From Oopsacas minuta (taxonomy: Eukaryota; Animalia; Porifera), in contig JAKMXF010000307.1 of assembly GCA_024704765.1 (NCBI GenBank), forward strand, positions 372,001 through 436,000: a stretch of 64,000 bases of DNA, given 5' to 3'. The position numbers and the translations under genes are program-made. Numbering within the stretch: the stretch's first letter is position 1; every line of letters begins with the position of its first letter. This document shows positions 22,049 through 34,289 of the stretch, piece after piece. The notes under the pieces were generated by a model, which had not been told where the DNA came from, ran no database searches, and saw only the letters and a program-made list of their open reading frames with translations.

Positions 22049-25010
22049 TATATACTCAAAAAATCATGTGTTTTGATTATTGTTCGAATATGCCACCTTT
22101 GGCTTTACACAGCTCTTCAGACGTCCAACAAAGGACCCTACGCTTGCTCACACCTGTTCTTCCGGAACTCTATCCCATTCAGGTGTTAAAGCCGCTCGAA
22201 GATTCTCTAAACTTTTGTGAGGTTTTGAGCATGCTTTGGACTCCAAAATGGACCATATAGAATAATCGAGAGGAATCAAATCTGGCGAGCATGGTAGTCA
22301 TTCTTCCGAAGAAATATACAGTATGCCCCAGGGCAATTCTCCTTGCACCATTTTTGGGTAGTCCTGGCTTTGTGAGCTGGTGCTGAGTCCTGTTGAAAGG
22401 TCCATGGCCGACTTCCGAAATGTTTTGGGCCCAGGGCTTCAAAACTGATTCGAGAATAGACTCTCGGTAAATAGACTGGTCGATCTTAACACCTTGGGGG
22501 ATAAATACTAGAGGCGTCCGTCCATCTGAGGTCACCCCCGCCCAAACCATCTCAGAGGTTGGTTTTTGTGTCCGAGAGACACGAAATGAAGATGGAGGTA
22601 AAGACGCTTTATTGTAGCCAATATTCTGTCATTTTGCTTATTTACTTGCTGTTCAACTACAAAGGGCTTTTCATCAGAACAAAATTTGATTCTGCACCCC
22701 AGCAGTGAACCTCCCAAGCAGTGATTGACATCTATCTAGTCTTTTCTTTTATTTTTGACTGACAACAATTGTTTCTTCTGAACTTATAAGAACTCATCGC
22801 TAGCTCGTTTCTCACCATTAATCTCATTGACTCACGCGCAACATTCATTTCTTTCGCTAGTTTTCTCATGCTTCTCACAGGATTTCGTGATATCCGGCGT
22901 TTCACGTTCTTTCTCAAGGTTGAAGTCCTAACTGTGCGTTTGCGACCTTTTCTTGAGCGATCTTGGATGATTCCAGTTTCAAGGAACCGAAATATAGTTC
23001 TAGATACAAACATCTTATTCGTCTTCAACGATTTTACAATTTCAGAATTTGAATGTCCGTTCTTGTGGAGTTCTATAACCGCTGATCTCCTAGATAACAT
23101 CGTAATTCGTACAAGTGATTTTGAAAAATACTATACAATAATAACCAAGTTCGATTGTAACTCACTAGTTGTATAGTAACGTTCGTTATAGAAGGTAAAA
23201 TCTAGTGGTAGGATATGATCTGTTCCGCCATAGTGATTTATAAAGTGGTAACAGTATTTATTGGTCACCCTGTATAATTTGAGTTATTAAAACAAGGTTT
23301 GTCTACTATCTCTGGAGTCTAGATACAAAAAACCCTTCATCTTAGAAATATTTAAACACCCATTTTCGAATTGGTTTTCAATCTCATCCTTACTCTTCTT
23401 AATTCTCCAGTTAGTGAATTCATTGATATCAACTTTCTCAGCTATTCTCCTTGTTTCCAACCAGAACTTATTAGTTCAACAATCTCATCTTTGTTTGTAG
23501 ATCTAAATTCTCTGGTATCCTATTAGTATTCATAAAAATACATATATAATATAGGCGAACAGTGAAAATAGATTCGAACATTTATTTGTACTTCATTTCA
23601 AGGGCTATTGTTATCTATTCATTGGAACTGAAATTGGTTTGCCATAATTTATATCTATTCACTTATAGTTATTGCATCATAATCCTATGTTATGTACTGA
23701 TAAAGTAACAGAATATTCTTGTATCAAGTTTACTTGCTTATAGAGCAACAAGATATAGCTGTAAATTTGAAATATGAATTTTTACTTGCTAATAAGCCAA
23801 CATTAACATTTCAGTTATGTAATCTTACTTGCTATTAAAAGAACTTTTATTGACGAACTGAATTATATGTGAACCCTTCTACTCTACTTAGGGAGTTGGG
23901 AAATCCTTGATCTTAAGAAACTTGTTAATTGAGCAATTGCTATTAAGCGAACACTACTGTTCCACTATCTGACATCAGTCAAACCTTTGTCTGACCTCTA
24001 GCAAAATATTACCAAAGGAAGGCACTAAAATATTACAATATTTGTATGAGATAATGTTTAGATATTATATATGACTTTCTCGAGTATACTTTAATTCTAG
24101 CGGTCACGTTATTTACGTCACATAATGTGAACATTATGTTTATCGTGCTATGGAGTAGATTTACGCAATGCTACTTAAGTAAGTATCTGTTGCACAGCCC
24201 TTGTATTTGTATATTATATCACATAAACGGCAGAATAGTATATAAAATCCGTCTAAAATATACATCTATAAAATTCTAAATTAGCAAAGTTTTGCCAAAT
24301 ATGAGAAGATGGGATGCAGGCCACATAACCGACAAATTGATTGATAGAATTGTCTCTGTTCATCTTGTTCCTAGAAATGAAAAGTTGGTAAAATGTGCTA
24401 TACTTTTGATAAATTTGACAAAACAAGCAGACTTCGCTTCCGATGTTACTCCGCAACTACAGTATTTGGTGAATCGGTTTTAGCATAGGTATTAAATAAC
24501 CAAATTTCTTATAGTGCTTTTGCTCGCTACGCAAATTGATAAACACAGCATACAGTGTCTTGATTAAATATATCAAATATTATACTCCTTGTATCATAAC
24601 AGCTAATACACTAAAACAATGGTACTTAATGATGGAGGGGTATGTGAAGTCAGTTCTATGAAATTCATTTAGATGTGATAGTATATGTCACCGTCCAAAT
24701 TGAGTACTTAGCGCCGCCAAATGGAGTAAGGTTATTCTTATACAAAATATACGATTAAATGTTATGGTTTACTAAAAAACAATACTTTATAATTTTAAAG
24801 ATATGTTTTATGGTCTGCTAAAATAAAAGAATGTTGTATCTAGATTCATACTACGAATAATATCTTTCAATTGACTTGAAAAGGTATTTGTATGGTTTAA
24901 AACAATTAATATCTAAATATACACACAATATACTAAAAAATCATAACCAAGCAGGAGATAATGCAGTAAATGTACTTCTATAACCACAATAAATATTCAG
25001 TTAATTATTT

Positions 25011-25117
25011 GACTAGTTGATTATAATGGTAGTGGACTAGTTGAATTAAAGGAGAATTGACCAGGTCATTAAAGGATAGTTAACTAGTTGATTATAAGGA
25101 TAGTTGACTAGTTGATT
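25011..25117. repeat. About 4.5 imperfect tandem copies of a 23-24-bp unit (gactagttgattataaggatagtt)
   Basis: Read directly from the sequence. Confidence 0.8.
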
Positions 25118-25149
25118 GGGGTGGTTTTGAAAAACCCTGTTTTAGCATC

Positions 25150-27700
25150 ACTATCTGTTCTTGCAAACGGTAGAGTGTCTGTGACACTTCGGGTTGCATT
25201 TAACTTGCTTCCGTTTGCACTGGCAAGTCTTGGCCCTGCAGCTGTCTTACATGGCATGACAGGCACGATTTTACCCCTGCCTCTACAGTGTTCAATCCAG
25301 GGTATAACTTTTTAGGAGGGAAGTTGTCGATATGGCAACACTATAGATATCTGACTATTCTTTCGTATTATTTGACCCATGCAGATATTTTGTGCAATTA
25401 AGATACTACATAAATAAAAAAATTACTTACAATAGGAATATTTTAGGAAAATCTGTTAAATTAACAATTCACCAGATTTAAGCTTGAACGCCATAATACT
25501 ATTCTACCGTTCTTTTCCCTTAACAAAAACAACAAATTCCTCCAACATATCATTCTCAAGGTGATCAGGGCCTTCAATGCATACCCGCATCGTATGTTAA
25601 GGCCTGTTCTCGCCCATCCTGCTCCGGAGTCTTGTTTATTTTAGTTTCATATTGCTAAATGTACGTTCAACAGTGGCTGTTGTGATTAGTAAACCTCTAC
25701 TATTGCAGCTAAATTTAATAAGTTTGAAATTGAATCGAAATATCTTCCCTGCTGATCAATTTCGATAATATATCCTACAAAGAGCCATTCTTGAATTGCT
25801 TTAAATTTTACCCCGAAACAATTTCCATTCTGCTTCAGTTTCCTCTCCATCAATCTATGATTGTGACATAGCATAATCATCACCAAAGTTGACATGCTGT
25901 ATAACACTATAGTAATTTATTTGCATCTTCATCTTTTCCCTACCATTGTTAGGTGATAGTTGAAGTTCGGTTTAGGGAGATAGCGAGGGTCCAAAACGGG
26001 TATAAAAGAGGCTAGATCAGTTCACTCCCTTCTTTTTCGGATGTGGTTAATTACACTTTGTATATATGGCTGATACGCTGTCTGAAGAAATTGAATTTTT
26101 CCTCTTCCATGATCACAATGTGTTTTCCACCAAGCTGAGTATCATCCGCAAAAACTAAAGAATCGTTCTTGAACCAGGTAACTATTTCATTAATCTCTGT
26201 TCGCCTTTCAGTGGTACTATCGACTATTAATTGCACCCTTCCAAGGTCATCCGCTTTCCCCTGTAAAATGCTAGTAACCTGGTAACTGTATCGAGTACAT
26301 TTGATAACATATAGATACAAGCTTCAGTTTTGTATTTTAACAAGAGAGTCGCAATTCTATGTGCTTGCATCACAAGTTTCATCATAAATCTCTTCAAATG
26401 TGCGTACCAATGCTGGGATACTCCGTCGCACAGCACACACGGCTCATTCACTTACAAGCCATAGAGTATCACTAGGTTTTACCATTTTAATCTCAGGAGA
26501 CTAGAGTTCTGCCTGGATCAGTGAGAGTTTTTCTGCTTTCTAGGGAGAATAATGGAGATTGTTAACATTGTACCTAACTCCCATTATTTGTACATGTTCT
26601 GCACAAGCATTGACGGCAGCAAGTTGAAGTTAATGGGACCTGCAATGGATATAAATTACACCTCTTGCAAGTAATCTCAGACGCCTTTGAACATCACTTA
26701 TATGGTCAAACATTGTATTAGTTCAATTATTCTCAAGGACGGCTTTCCCAGGGACATCGTCAGGGTGGAGAAGCTTGTCAGTGCCGCAGGATGTTAGATT
26801 AGAGTAGGTGAATGCTGTGCTGATTGTCCCATGTGCAGTCCCGAATTTGGAAAGCCCCTCCATCCGAGTACATATCCGCAACGGTACCAATGAGACTGTT
26901 GGGACAAATGCTTGCCCTATCAGGGTAAGGAATGGGATCCTCTTAATATCCCCTTTTAAATAGTCTTGCATCGTTTCATACTTGACTGTATCATGTCAGC
27001 TCTTTGCTTTCTGAGGGCTCCCCAGCTACTTTGACGGAGCTTCTTAGTATTTCGCGCTTTCCTGCAGTGCTCATCGCGAGCACAGAAGTACTGTACTGGA
27101 ATCTTACCGTACGCGTCTAGTCGGTCCAGGCAGTCAGCATGAAATGGATCACGTTTACAATACTCACAGTACCAGTTGCCATCATCTTTTACACAGGCCT
27201 GACCGAGAGGATGGGAAGTGAAGTAAGTGTCAGATACGAGGGAATAGGAGATGCAGGTGGTTGATCAGAGGGTATAGGCTTGGACTGGCCGGAGGTAATG
27301 TAAATATAAGGTGCAACTCGTGATCCGATCAGCGGGGGTACAGTAAGGTTGTAGGTATCTTCATCAAGATAGTCGGCAAACACATATCCTGCCTTTGTTG
27401 GCTTGTCAAATGCCGAAGCATGCGATAGTTGTGGCTCATGGAATACTCGTACATCCTGTCACATATCACATGACTGAACTCGTGATGTGCAACCACTAAC
27501 GTATCGGACAGGTCTTTCTTGACCATACGCGTAACTTGCTCCGTGTAGTCCCCGGATTTCACCTATTTTCATGTCCAGGACATTTATATCCTCAAACTAC
27601 TCCACAGAATAGCGCAACTTGGTCCTGCCCCAATTGGGATCGTTGGTGTTGCAACCATCCTTTCTGTAGCTCTCTATAATCCCATCTCTTTCCTCTCTCC
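25150..27700 (-). pseudogene. KRBA2/SCAND3-like (Ginger2/Tdd-type) integrase C-terminal half with PHD-like finger, interrupted by a hAT core
   Basis: Frame-patched translation: QACVKDDGNWYCEYCKRDPFHADC...YFC (PHD-like); LRQSSWGALRKQRADMIQSS...KGD...IPYPDRASICPNSLIGTV...GTAHGTISTAFTYSNLTSC...DDVP; resumes at ~25270 with GQG...C...CRAKTCQCKRKQVKCNPKCH...CKN*. Family assignment is from remembered motifs. Confidence 0.55.
25500..26700 (-). pseudogene. hAT (ZNF862/ZMYM1-like) transposase catalytic and dimerisation region
   Basis: VIYIHCRSH*LQLAAVNA...KPSDTLWL...AVRRSIPALV...LQGK; C-terminal TATVERTFSNMKL.KTRLRSRMGE...TMRVCIEGP. The 5' half and TIRs were not found. Confidence 0.75.
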
Positions 27701-28190
27701 ACCAAATGTTAATTGATTGAGCTACTAAAGCTCTGCCTCTAGAATTTCTTTATTATTTGATAAAAGGAAAAAGTAGATTGATTTGGTCCAGATGAAACAA
27801 ATGCAAACACAACAACATATAGTAACTAGTCAGAAATAGCGCAGTAACTGTCGCGTGATAGCACAAGGGTTATTATAGGCCTAACACCCAGTAGGACTAG
27901 GTAACTTCGTTATGTATGTTGAATAGTAATTCTACAAATATAATTCCATTTCAGTTAACCCATAATATCATAAGCAGAAAATTATATAAGAATAACCTTC
28001 CTCAATTGGTCGTATACTCAAATTAGACGGTGACATATATATTGTACATTTTTGCGCAAATAGATGTATTATTGATAGTTTCGAAAGTTTATTACTCATA
28101 TCTACCAACCACTCTAAGGGCCGAAATGAAATCATCTGATTGCTTACATGCAAATATGTCTAAAAATATAATAATATTAACACACTATAT

Positions 28191-29650
28191 CAGTGGTTCC
28201 CAAACTTATATACTTAGCAACCCACCTTTAGTTCATCAAAAACCTCGCGACCCCCCAAAGTTAACTAGGATTATATAATAATTCATGATCAATTCAGTAG
28301 TATTATGATATGATGTCACTAATAAATGTTTTCCAATGTGAAGTTGTTTCTGCTTAACTAACTCTTGTATTTCAGGCTCTGTGGTGGAGAGTGCGCAACG
28401 TAGATCATCTTCGCCTTTTAATCTATTCCTAGCGCTACTTTTTAGCTGTAGAAGAGTGGAAAAATTTGATTCACAGAGGTAAGTTGTCTCAAATGGCAGA
28501 AGTTTTCACAGCACAATTTTTGTCAATGTGGGACATGAATCTCTCATTAAGCTCTAAAATGTATTCAATTACTCCCTTTCAAAAACTTCCTTTGCAGATC
28601 CATCATTGATAAGTTCTATTAATTCTTCGTGAGCCCGATCATTCTTATCAGGTATTGTTTGAGGAGATACAATGAATGGATTTCTGAGTAAAGTAAATTC
28701 GATCTCACCACATTTAGGAAAATAATGGGAAGATTCAGATTCCATAGCTGCAAGGTGTTCAATGATAATATCTTGGGTGTCCTCGTCTAGCCTGATATCT
28801 TTCTTCTCGTAAAGTTCAGATAACCCTTCGAACATACAAATGTTTTCATTTTCCAAAATTTTTCTTTTCCAATTCTTAAGTTTCATTAGGAAAACATTTA
28901 GTTTTTCATTCAAATAAAAAATGGGTTAATTTTTGCCTTGAAGATAGTGATTTAAACTGTTGATGCGATCAAAATATCGACAAGGTAAGCAAGATGCACT
29001 TCGCTCCTCTCATCTGAGATTATTGACAGAAATTCATATTTTGCATTTTGGTCAAGGAATACCTATATCTCCGGAGCAATATTTGAACTCGTTCAAGAAC
29101 ATTTCCCTTTGAAAGCCAACGTACTTGAGTGTAAAAGAGTAGAGTTTGGTGACTAGCGGTCATGTCCTCGCATAGTTCTCTGAAAAGCCACGTGTTAAGT
29201 GCACTGGGTTTGATAAAGTTAACTATCTTTATTATTGTATATATCATTTCTAAGAGCTGTGGTGGTATAGTTTTACAACCTAGCGCTTGTCTATGGATCA
29301 CGCAGTGTACTCCTGTAACTTCTGGAGATTTATCTTTGACAAGCTATTGAAATCCTGAACGCGAACTAAGCATAGCTGGTGCTCCATCACAACAAACGCA
29401 CAAAAATCTTTCCACTTGAGTTTATTATCTTGGAGAAAATTGTCAATCAATTCAATTCGCCACATAAATGTGAAACTTAATGATAGCAGTTGTGATAATA
29501 TTCCCTGTTATAGTAAGTATCTTGTGATCCGAATTAGCCACAATACACCTCTTATAAGATTCAGACCATAATATCTGATAATATTGGATATTGGAGAATT
29601 CCAATATATTCATCGAGTATCACAGAATTGATAAGATATGGATATTTCAA
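28191..29650 (-). mobile_element. hAT (Buster/ZBED8/FAM200-like) relic, 3' portion
   Basis: Terminal CAGTGGTTCCCAAAC at 28191 after CACTATAT (NNNTANNN target). CCDGAPAML, HCVIHRQALGCK, QVRWLSKGNVLER, NEKLNVF and FTLLRNPF on the minus strand. Confidence 0.8.
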
Positions 29651-31247
29651 TATCCTTGGTAGGATAATTGTCATTTTATATTATATAGTTAAAAATGGGC
29701 CAGAATATCAATTTTCACACAGTTTAGGTAATTATCAAGAATCAGGTGTCAAGATTCTTTGACCAAAAAGCATTGTAGTAGACAATTCATCTCTTGGGTT
29801 AAAGAAGGTAGGAATAAAATTCTTGTATGATAATCGAATTTCAGCACCAAAGAATTTCACAGTTTCAGTTTCGCATCTTGATTTATGGTCTCGATATTAA
29901 TGTGGTCCAATGAAAGTATACCTAGAAGTGTGCGGCCTGATGGTAACGAATGTTTGTGGAACACTATGTTGTAATATGTTCTAAACCCCACATATCCATA
30001 TATATGTCGTTAATTTACTGTTCCAAATTCTGAAACTTAGTGAATTCTCATTTCAAGTCCTTCAAAAGGATTCTTATTCAATGGCCAAATATACATAAAC
30101 TGAAAATTGGCCCCCATCTCATCTCAAATGTATATATAGGCATTCCATAGGATGACATCCTATCTACTATCTTTTAGCTAGAGGTGTAACCGAAGTGGTC
30201 ACAAATAGCTCTGATGCATATCTTTGTGATTAATGTGTTTTAGAGATCTTATTTGTAGCATCTTATCTGGTACTAATGTTCCGTAGTCATAAATATCCCA
30301 AGCAATCTTCCAGAAACAGTGTTAAATCATGGAACCACTACTGATGTATTTTGGATGGCCCATGGAGAAAATATACAAGTATAACATTCTATACACTAAA
30401 GCAATGGTACTGATTGATGGACTTGGAGCAGGGATATGCCATGTGATGTCTAGATAATTACTTTGGTGAAAAAATATTTCAATTGTACTACTTGGCGGAA
30501 ATAAATGTATTATTGATATTTACGAATGTAGATTACGTATATTCACAAACTATTATCAGGGTCAAAATTACGCCATCTGATTGCTTACTTAGCAAATATG
30601 TCAAAAGTTGAAACTATATAATGTATTAATAGATTTCTAGAGATTTATAAATTGATTCACAGTTATAAAATTTGGCATTAGGAAATAACTAGGTTGTTAT
30701 ACTTAATATATATAATTGTTATAAAATACTTCGCTCCAGAGTTATTGCAGTGACCAACTGACAGTGGATGACACTTCTTAGCCAATACACACCGAAAACT
30801 CGACAAAATATACTTTTATAGCCTCAACATCTGCAGAACTATATGTCCGACTTCCCATACCTAGAAATAGGATATTAGTACTGTGATCTCTTTTCTGAGG
30901 ATCGAAACATGATCGCCGATCCTTTTATACACAGTAATCGAATGGAAGGCTCCGTCACTTTTGTCTGTTTCATCGTTTGGGGAAACATAGTAGGTAATTA
31001 GCGTCTAAAGACCTCAAAGTGTGGATAAAATGTACGTGCAAATTTGGTAGCAATCAGACTGCAAATTTCTCATCCTCCTATAGGTGCTATAAAATGTCAG
31101 AATACATCGTAAAAGTGATCGTATTCCTTTTGGTGCAAGGATCGCGATCACCATCTCTGATCATATTTTCAAGAACGATCGTGATCGTGATAATTAATCT
31201 GGTGATCGACTAAGCCCACCTGTAAATATATTTTGTTATCCTATATA

Positions 31248-32556
31248 CAGGATGACCCATAAATACTGTACCAATTGTTGTATGTATAAAATATATAATA
31301 TTGAAGCTGTTGATATGAAATTTCTACCAATTGTCAGAATCTCTACATAAAAAAACATATTTCGAGTATCATTCGAATATACTCCCTCGACATTTAATAC
31401 ACCTAACAATACGAGTAGGGAAGGAGTCCACGCTAGAACAAATGTCACAGTCTGGAATATTCTTCCATTCTCGAGACAAGGTTTTCTTTAGCTCGTCAAT
31501 ACTATAGTGTTTTTTAGAGTTGACCTTGCTCTCTAAAATGGATCATACTGAATAATCGAGAGGGTTACTGTCAGGGGAGTAAGGAAGCCACTCATCGGCA
31601 GAAATTAGCCTTGGGAGATTCTCTTTGCACCACTGTTGTGTCGCTTTCGCTTTATGGGCAGGTGCTGAGTCTTGTTGGAATACCCATTTTCTATTTTGAT
31701 AATGTTTTTTGGGTCAAGGTTTGACAACCTTCTTCAGTATCAAATCACGGTATACTGTTTGATTGATTTTTAGACGCTGGGGGAACGAAGATAAGGGGTG
31801 TGCGACCATCAAATGTGATGCCTCCACACACCATTACTGAAGCTGGATTTTTGGCTCTAGACACCTGGAAAGTGAATTTAGGGAGATTATTTTCGCAGTA
31901 GCAAGGATTCTATCGTTTTGAGAGTTTAACACTTGTTCTACAGTGAACAATTTCTCATCTGAGAAGAGGAAATCTCTATGGGCGTGGTTGTTGTAACGCG
32001 AAACCATTCTTTACATCTTTGTAGCCGCATATTCTTATTTTGCTCTTTAAGAAGCTGGTACTTATTCAATGTATAGGCTTTCATCTGTAGGTCACTTCAT
32101 ACAATTCTTCTCATTGATTCCCTACTAATTTGTATCTCCTTGGCCATTTTTCTGATGCTTCCTGAAGGATTTCAACGGAACCTCTGGGATGCACGACTTA
32201 TCTTAGAAAAGGTCCTTACAGTTCGCGGACGACCAGGTCTACGTCTGTCAGTCATCCTCCCGGTATCATTGTATCAAAACAAAGACCGGTTTATGAACAT
32301 CTAATTCGTTTTTAGTAGTTTAGCGATTTAACCTTGGAATTTCCCGCCTCATAAAGCTGTAAATCAACTGCTCGCCGAAGTTCCATTGCTAATCAGTAAA
32401 AAAATCGATTGATTAGTGTCCAGATGCTATAATGAATAAATATTTTAGAGTATAAGATCTAGAATGAATTATGGCATAATATTATACAGAATTCCTAAAT
32501 GTAATATAGAGTATAGTTAGATAGTATATCAGTAACAATATTTATGGGTCACCCTG
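31248..32556 (-). mobile_element. Dead DD37D element, copy A
   Basis: TIRs cagg(a/g)tgacccataaata; TA TSDs; multiply disrupted transposase from ATG 32386. Near-identical to 59118-60409. Confidence 0.92.
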
Positions 32557-32978
32557 TAAAAACGAAATTGTGTACGCAGCCATAAATAATACCATATACG
32601 ATCATTTTCAAGATGTGTCATATTCGTGACTGATAGAGTATCAAAGTATAATCAGAGTATTGGAAGCTAGGTGTATAACAATGTTCGGCAAACATAAAGG
32701 ATTGAGGGCCGCATTAACCATTTTAAAATTTTAACCGGACCCAAGATTTCAAAATTATGTCCAATCCTTAGTATGCAGATATTAATGCGAAATACAATAT
32801 TTTGAATCCTATTTTACCCATATTTAATAACAATAATAAATTTAGTTGTTGACCTTTGGATATGTACTGTCAAGAAACAAATTCAACAAACCTGAAATAT
32901 TTGTAAGATATTTGCTCTCAAAGTGTATACTTTTGTAACTAAATACGCTGAATCAGAATTTTAAGTTTCTCATATGTA

Positions 32979-34289
32979 CAGGGTGCGGCAAAAGTTCTGT
33001 CCCATTGTTTGACAATCAATTATACATAGCTATAGTGGAATAATTGAAACCTTATAGGCCCATAATCTACATTGATGTATGTTTACTGAAGTACTAAAGC
33101 ATTCTCTCTATTACTGACAAATATTTTTAATTAGAGACATGGAAGCCAAAAGGTCACAAATTTTAGAAATATTTCGTGCAGAGAAGTCCCCAGGCGAGAT
33201 TTTGAAAATTCTTCAGAGCAAGAACGTGGGTAGAAAGTTGATATATCGTACTATCCAGAGATACAAGGAGACTGGAAGCTTGAAAGACAGAGCTCGGAGT
33301 GGCCGTCCGCGTAATGTAAGGACACGAGAACTAAAGGCGAAGTTAAAGAAAAGAATCGTCCGAAATCCCCAGCGTTCCATGCGGAAAATGTCTCGTGACT
33401 TTGGAATAAGCTCTAGATCCATTGGACGCGTAGTGCACGATGACCTAGGGTTAAAGTCTCTCAAGCGCAGGAAAGTTCACATGCTTACAAAGGCCATTAG
33501 AGAAAAGCGGCTGCAAAGAAGTCGATGTCTGTTATCGCGTGCCGGCCAATCAGTCGTGAACAAAATAGTGTTCTCCGATGAGAAATTGTTCACGATTCAA
33601 GAGGTTTCCAACCCTCAGAATGATCGTATCATCTCAAACAGCGTCCAAGACATCCCAGAACAACTTCGATTCACACCGAGAAGGCAAAAGCCAGCTTCGG
33701 TCATGGTATGGGGGGGAATCTTCGCAGACTCCCGGACTAATCTTATTTTTGTTCCGTCTGGTGTGAAAATCAATTCGAAAACCTATCGTGAACTCATTCT
33801 GGATGCTGAAGTGAAGGGTTTCGGTTGTAAGAACTTTGGAAATACGAGTTGGACCTTCCAGCAGGATGGAGCTCCAGCTCATACAGCTAACGCTACCCAA
33901 CAGTGGTTCCGAGATCAAAAAATAGACTTCATTTCTAAAGAGGAATGGCCACCCTCCAGTCCGGACTTGAATCCTATGGACTATTCTGTTTGGTCCATCT
34001 TGAAGCAGAAGGTATGCGCAAGTTCTCACGCAAATATTAGCTCTCTCAAGGCTTGCTTGCAGCGAGAATGGCTGAAAATACCTCAGGATCACTTCCGGCG
34101 CGCCGTATACCAATTTAGGACTAGACTCCAAGCTGTGGTAAGTAAGAAAGGTGGCTATATTGAACAATAATATCTTATTTTAAATTCAACATAAGTAATA
34201 AATGACCCATCCAAGAATTAGCTAGATCTGTTAATGGGTTTATGAGAAATTTCAAATTAGGTTTGGGACAGAACTTTTGCCGCATCCTG
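32979..34289 (+). mobile_element. Full-length DD37D (maT) element, potentially autonomous
   Basis: 26-bp TIRs cagg(g/a)tgcggcaaaagttctgtccca with one mismatch; TA TSDs at 32977-32978 and 34290-34291; 1311 bp. Confidence 0.97.
33139..34170 (+). CDS. Intact DD37D transposase, 343 aa
   Basis: HTH and RSGRP linker; FSDEK; FQQDGAPAH followed by 37 residues then PMDYSVW; no stops. Confidence 0.95.
   Translation: MEAKRSQILEIFRAEKSPGEILKILQSKNVGRKLIYRTIQRYKETGSLKDRARSGRPRNVRTRELKAKLKKRIVRNPQRSMRKMSRDFGISSRSIGRVVHDDLGLKSLKRRKVHMLTKAIREKRLQRSRCLLSRAGQSVVNKIVFSDEKLFTIQEVSNPQNDRIISNSVQDIPEQLRFTPRRQKPASVMVWGGIFADSRTNLIFVPSGVKINSKTYRELILDAEVKGFGCKNFGNTSWTFQQDGAPAHTANATQQWFRDQKIDFISKEEWPPSSPDLNPMDYSVWSILKQKVCASSHANISSLKACLQREWLKIPQDHFRRAVYQFRTRLQAVVSKKGGYIEQ

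Larger units (their letters stand above)
20627..23272 (-). mobile_element. DD37D (maT) IS630-Tc1-mariner element carrying a nested mariner
   Basis: TIRs cagggtga(g/c)caataaatactgtt; TA TSDs at 20625-20626 and 23273-23274. Transposase relic 23100-22077 (MLSRRSAVIEL...FCSDEK...WAGVTSDGRTPLVF...PLDYS). Confidence 0.9.
17295..23959 (-). mobile_element. pogo/Tigger (CENP-B-like) transposon relic split by the Chapaev and DD37D insertions
   Basis: N-terminal HTH fragment 23533-23275; IFNFDETMLLWK...DRITILIGASALGEKLP...IVDNCPSH at ~20400-20040. The junction across the Chapaev restores SFEDYLNADNNLTANE. Putative 5' TIR cagtagtgttcgcttaatagcaa ends at 23959, with ttacttgct subterminal repeats. The 3' TIR was not found. 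Confidence 0.78.

Noticed and set aside
24292-24483. 63-aa ORF after an AG acceptor-like site
   Set aside because: Short, no motif and no partner exons identified.
27329-27562. SET-domain-like reading (GDYTEQV...SHN) upstream of the PHD-like finger
   Set aside because: No NHSCxPN or ELxxDY motif; the neighbouring motifs fit an integrase tail better.
31236-31448. Small hydrophobic ORF MTFVLAWTPSLL..., repeated at 60211..60429
   Set aside because: Out-of-frame reading of the 3' end of the dead DD37D twins; conserved only because the element was copied.
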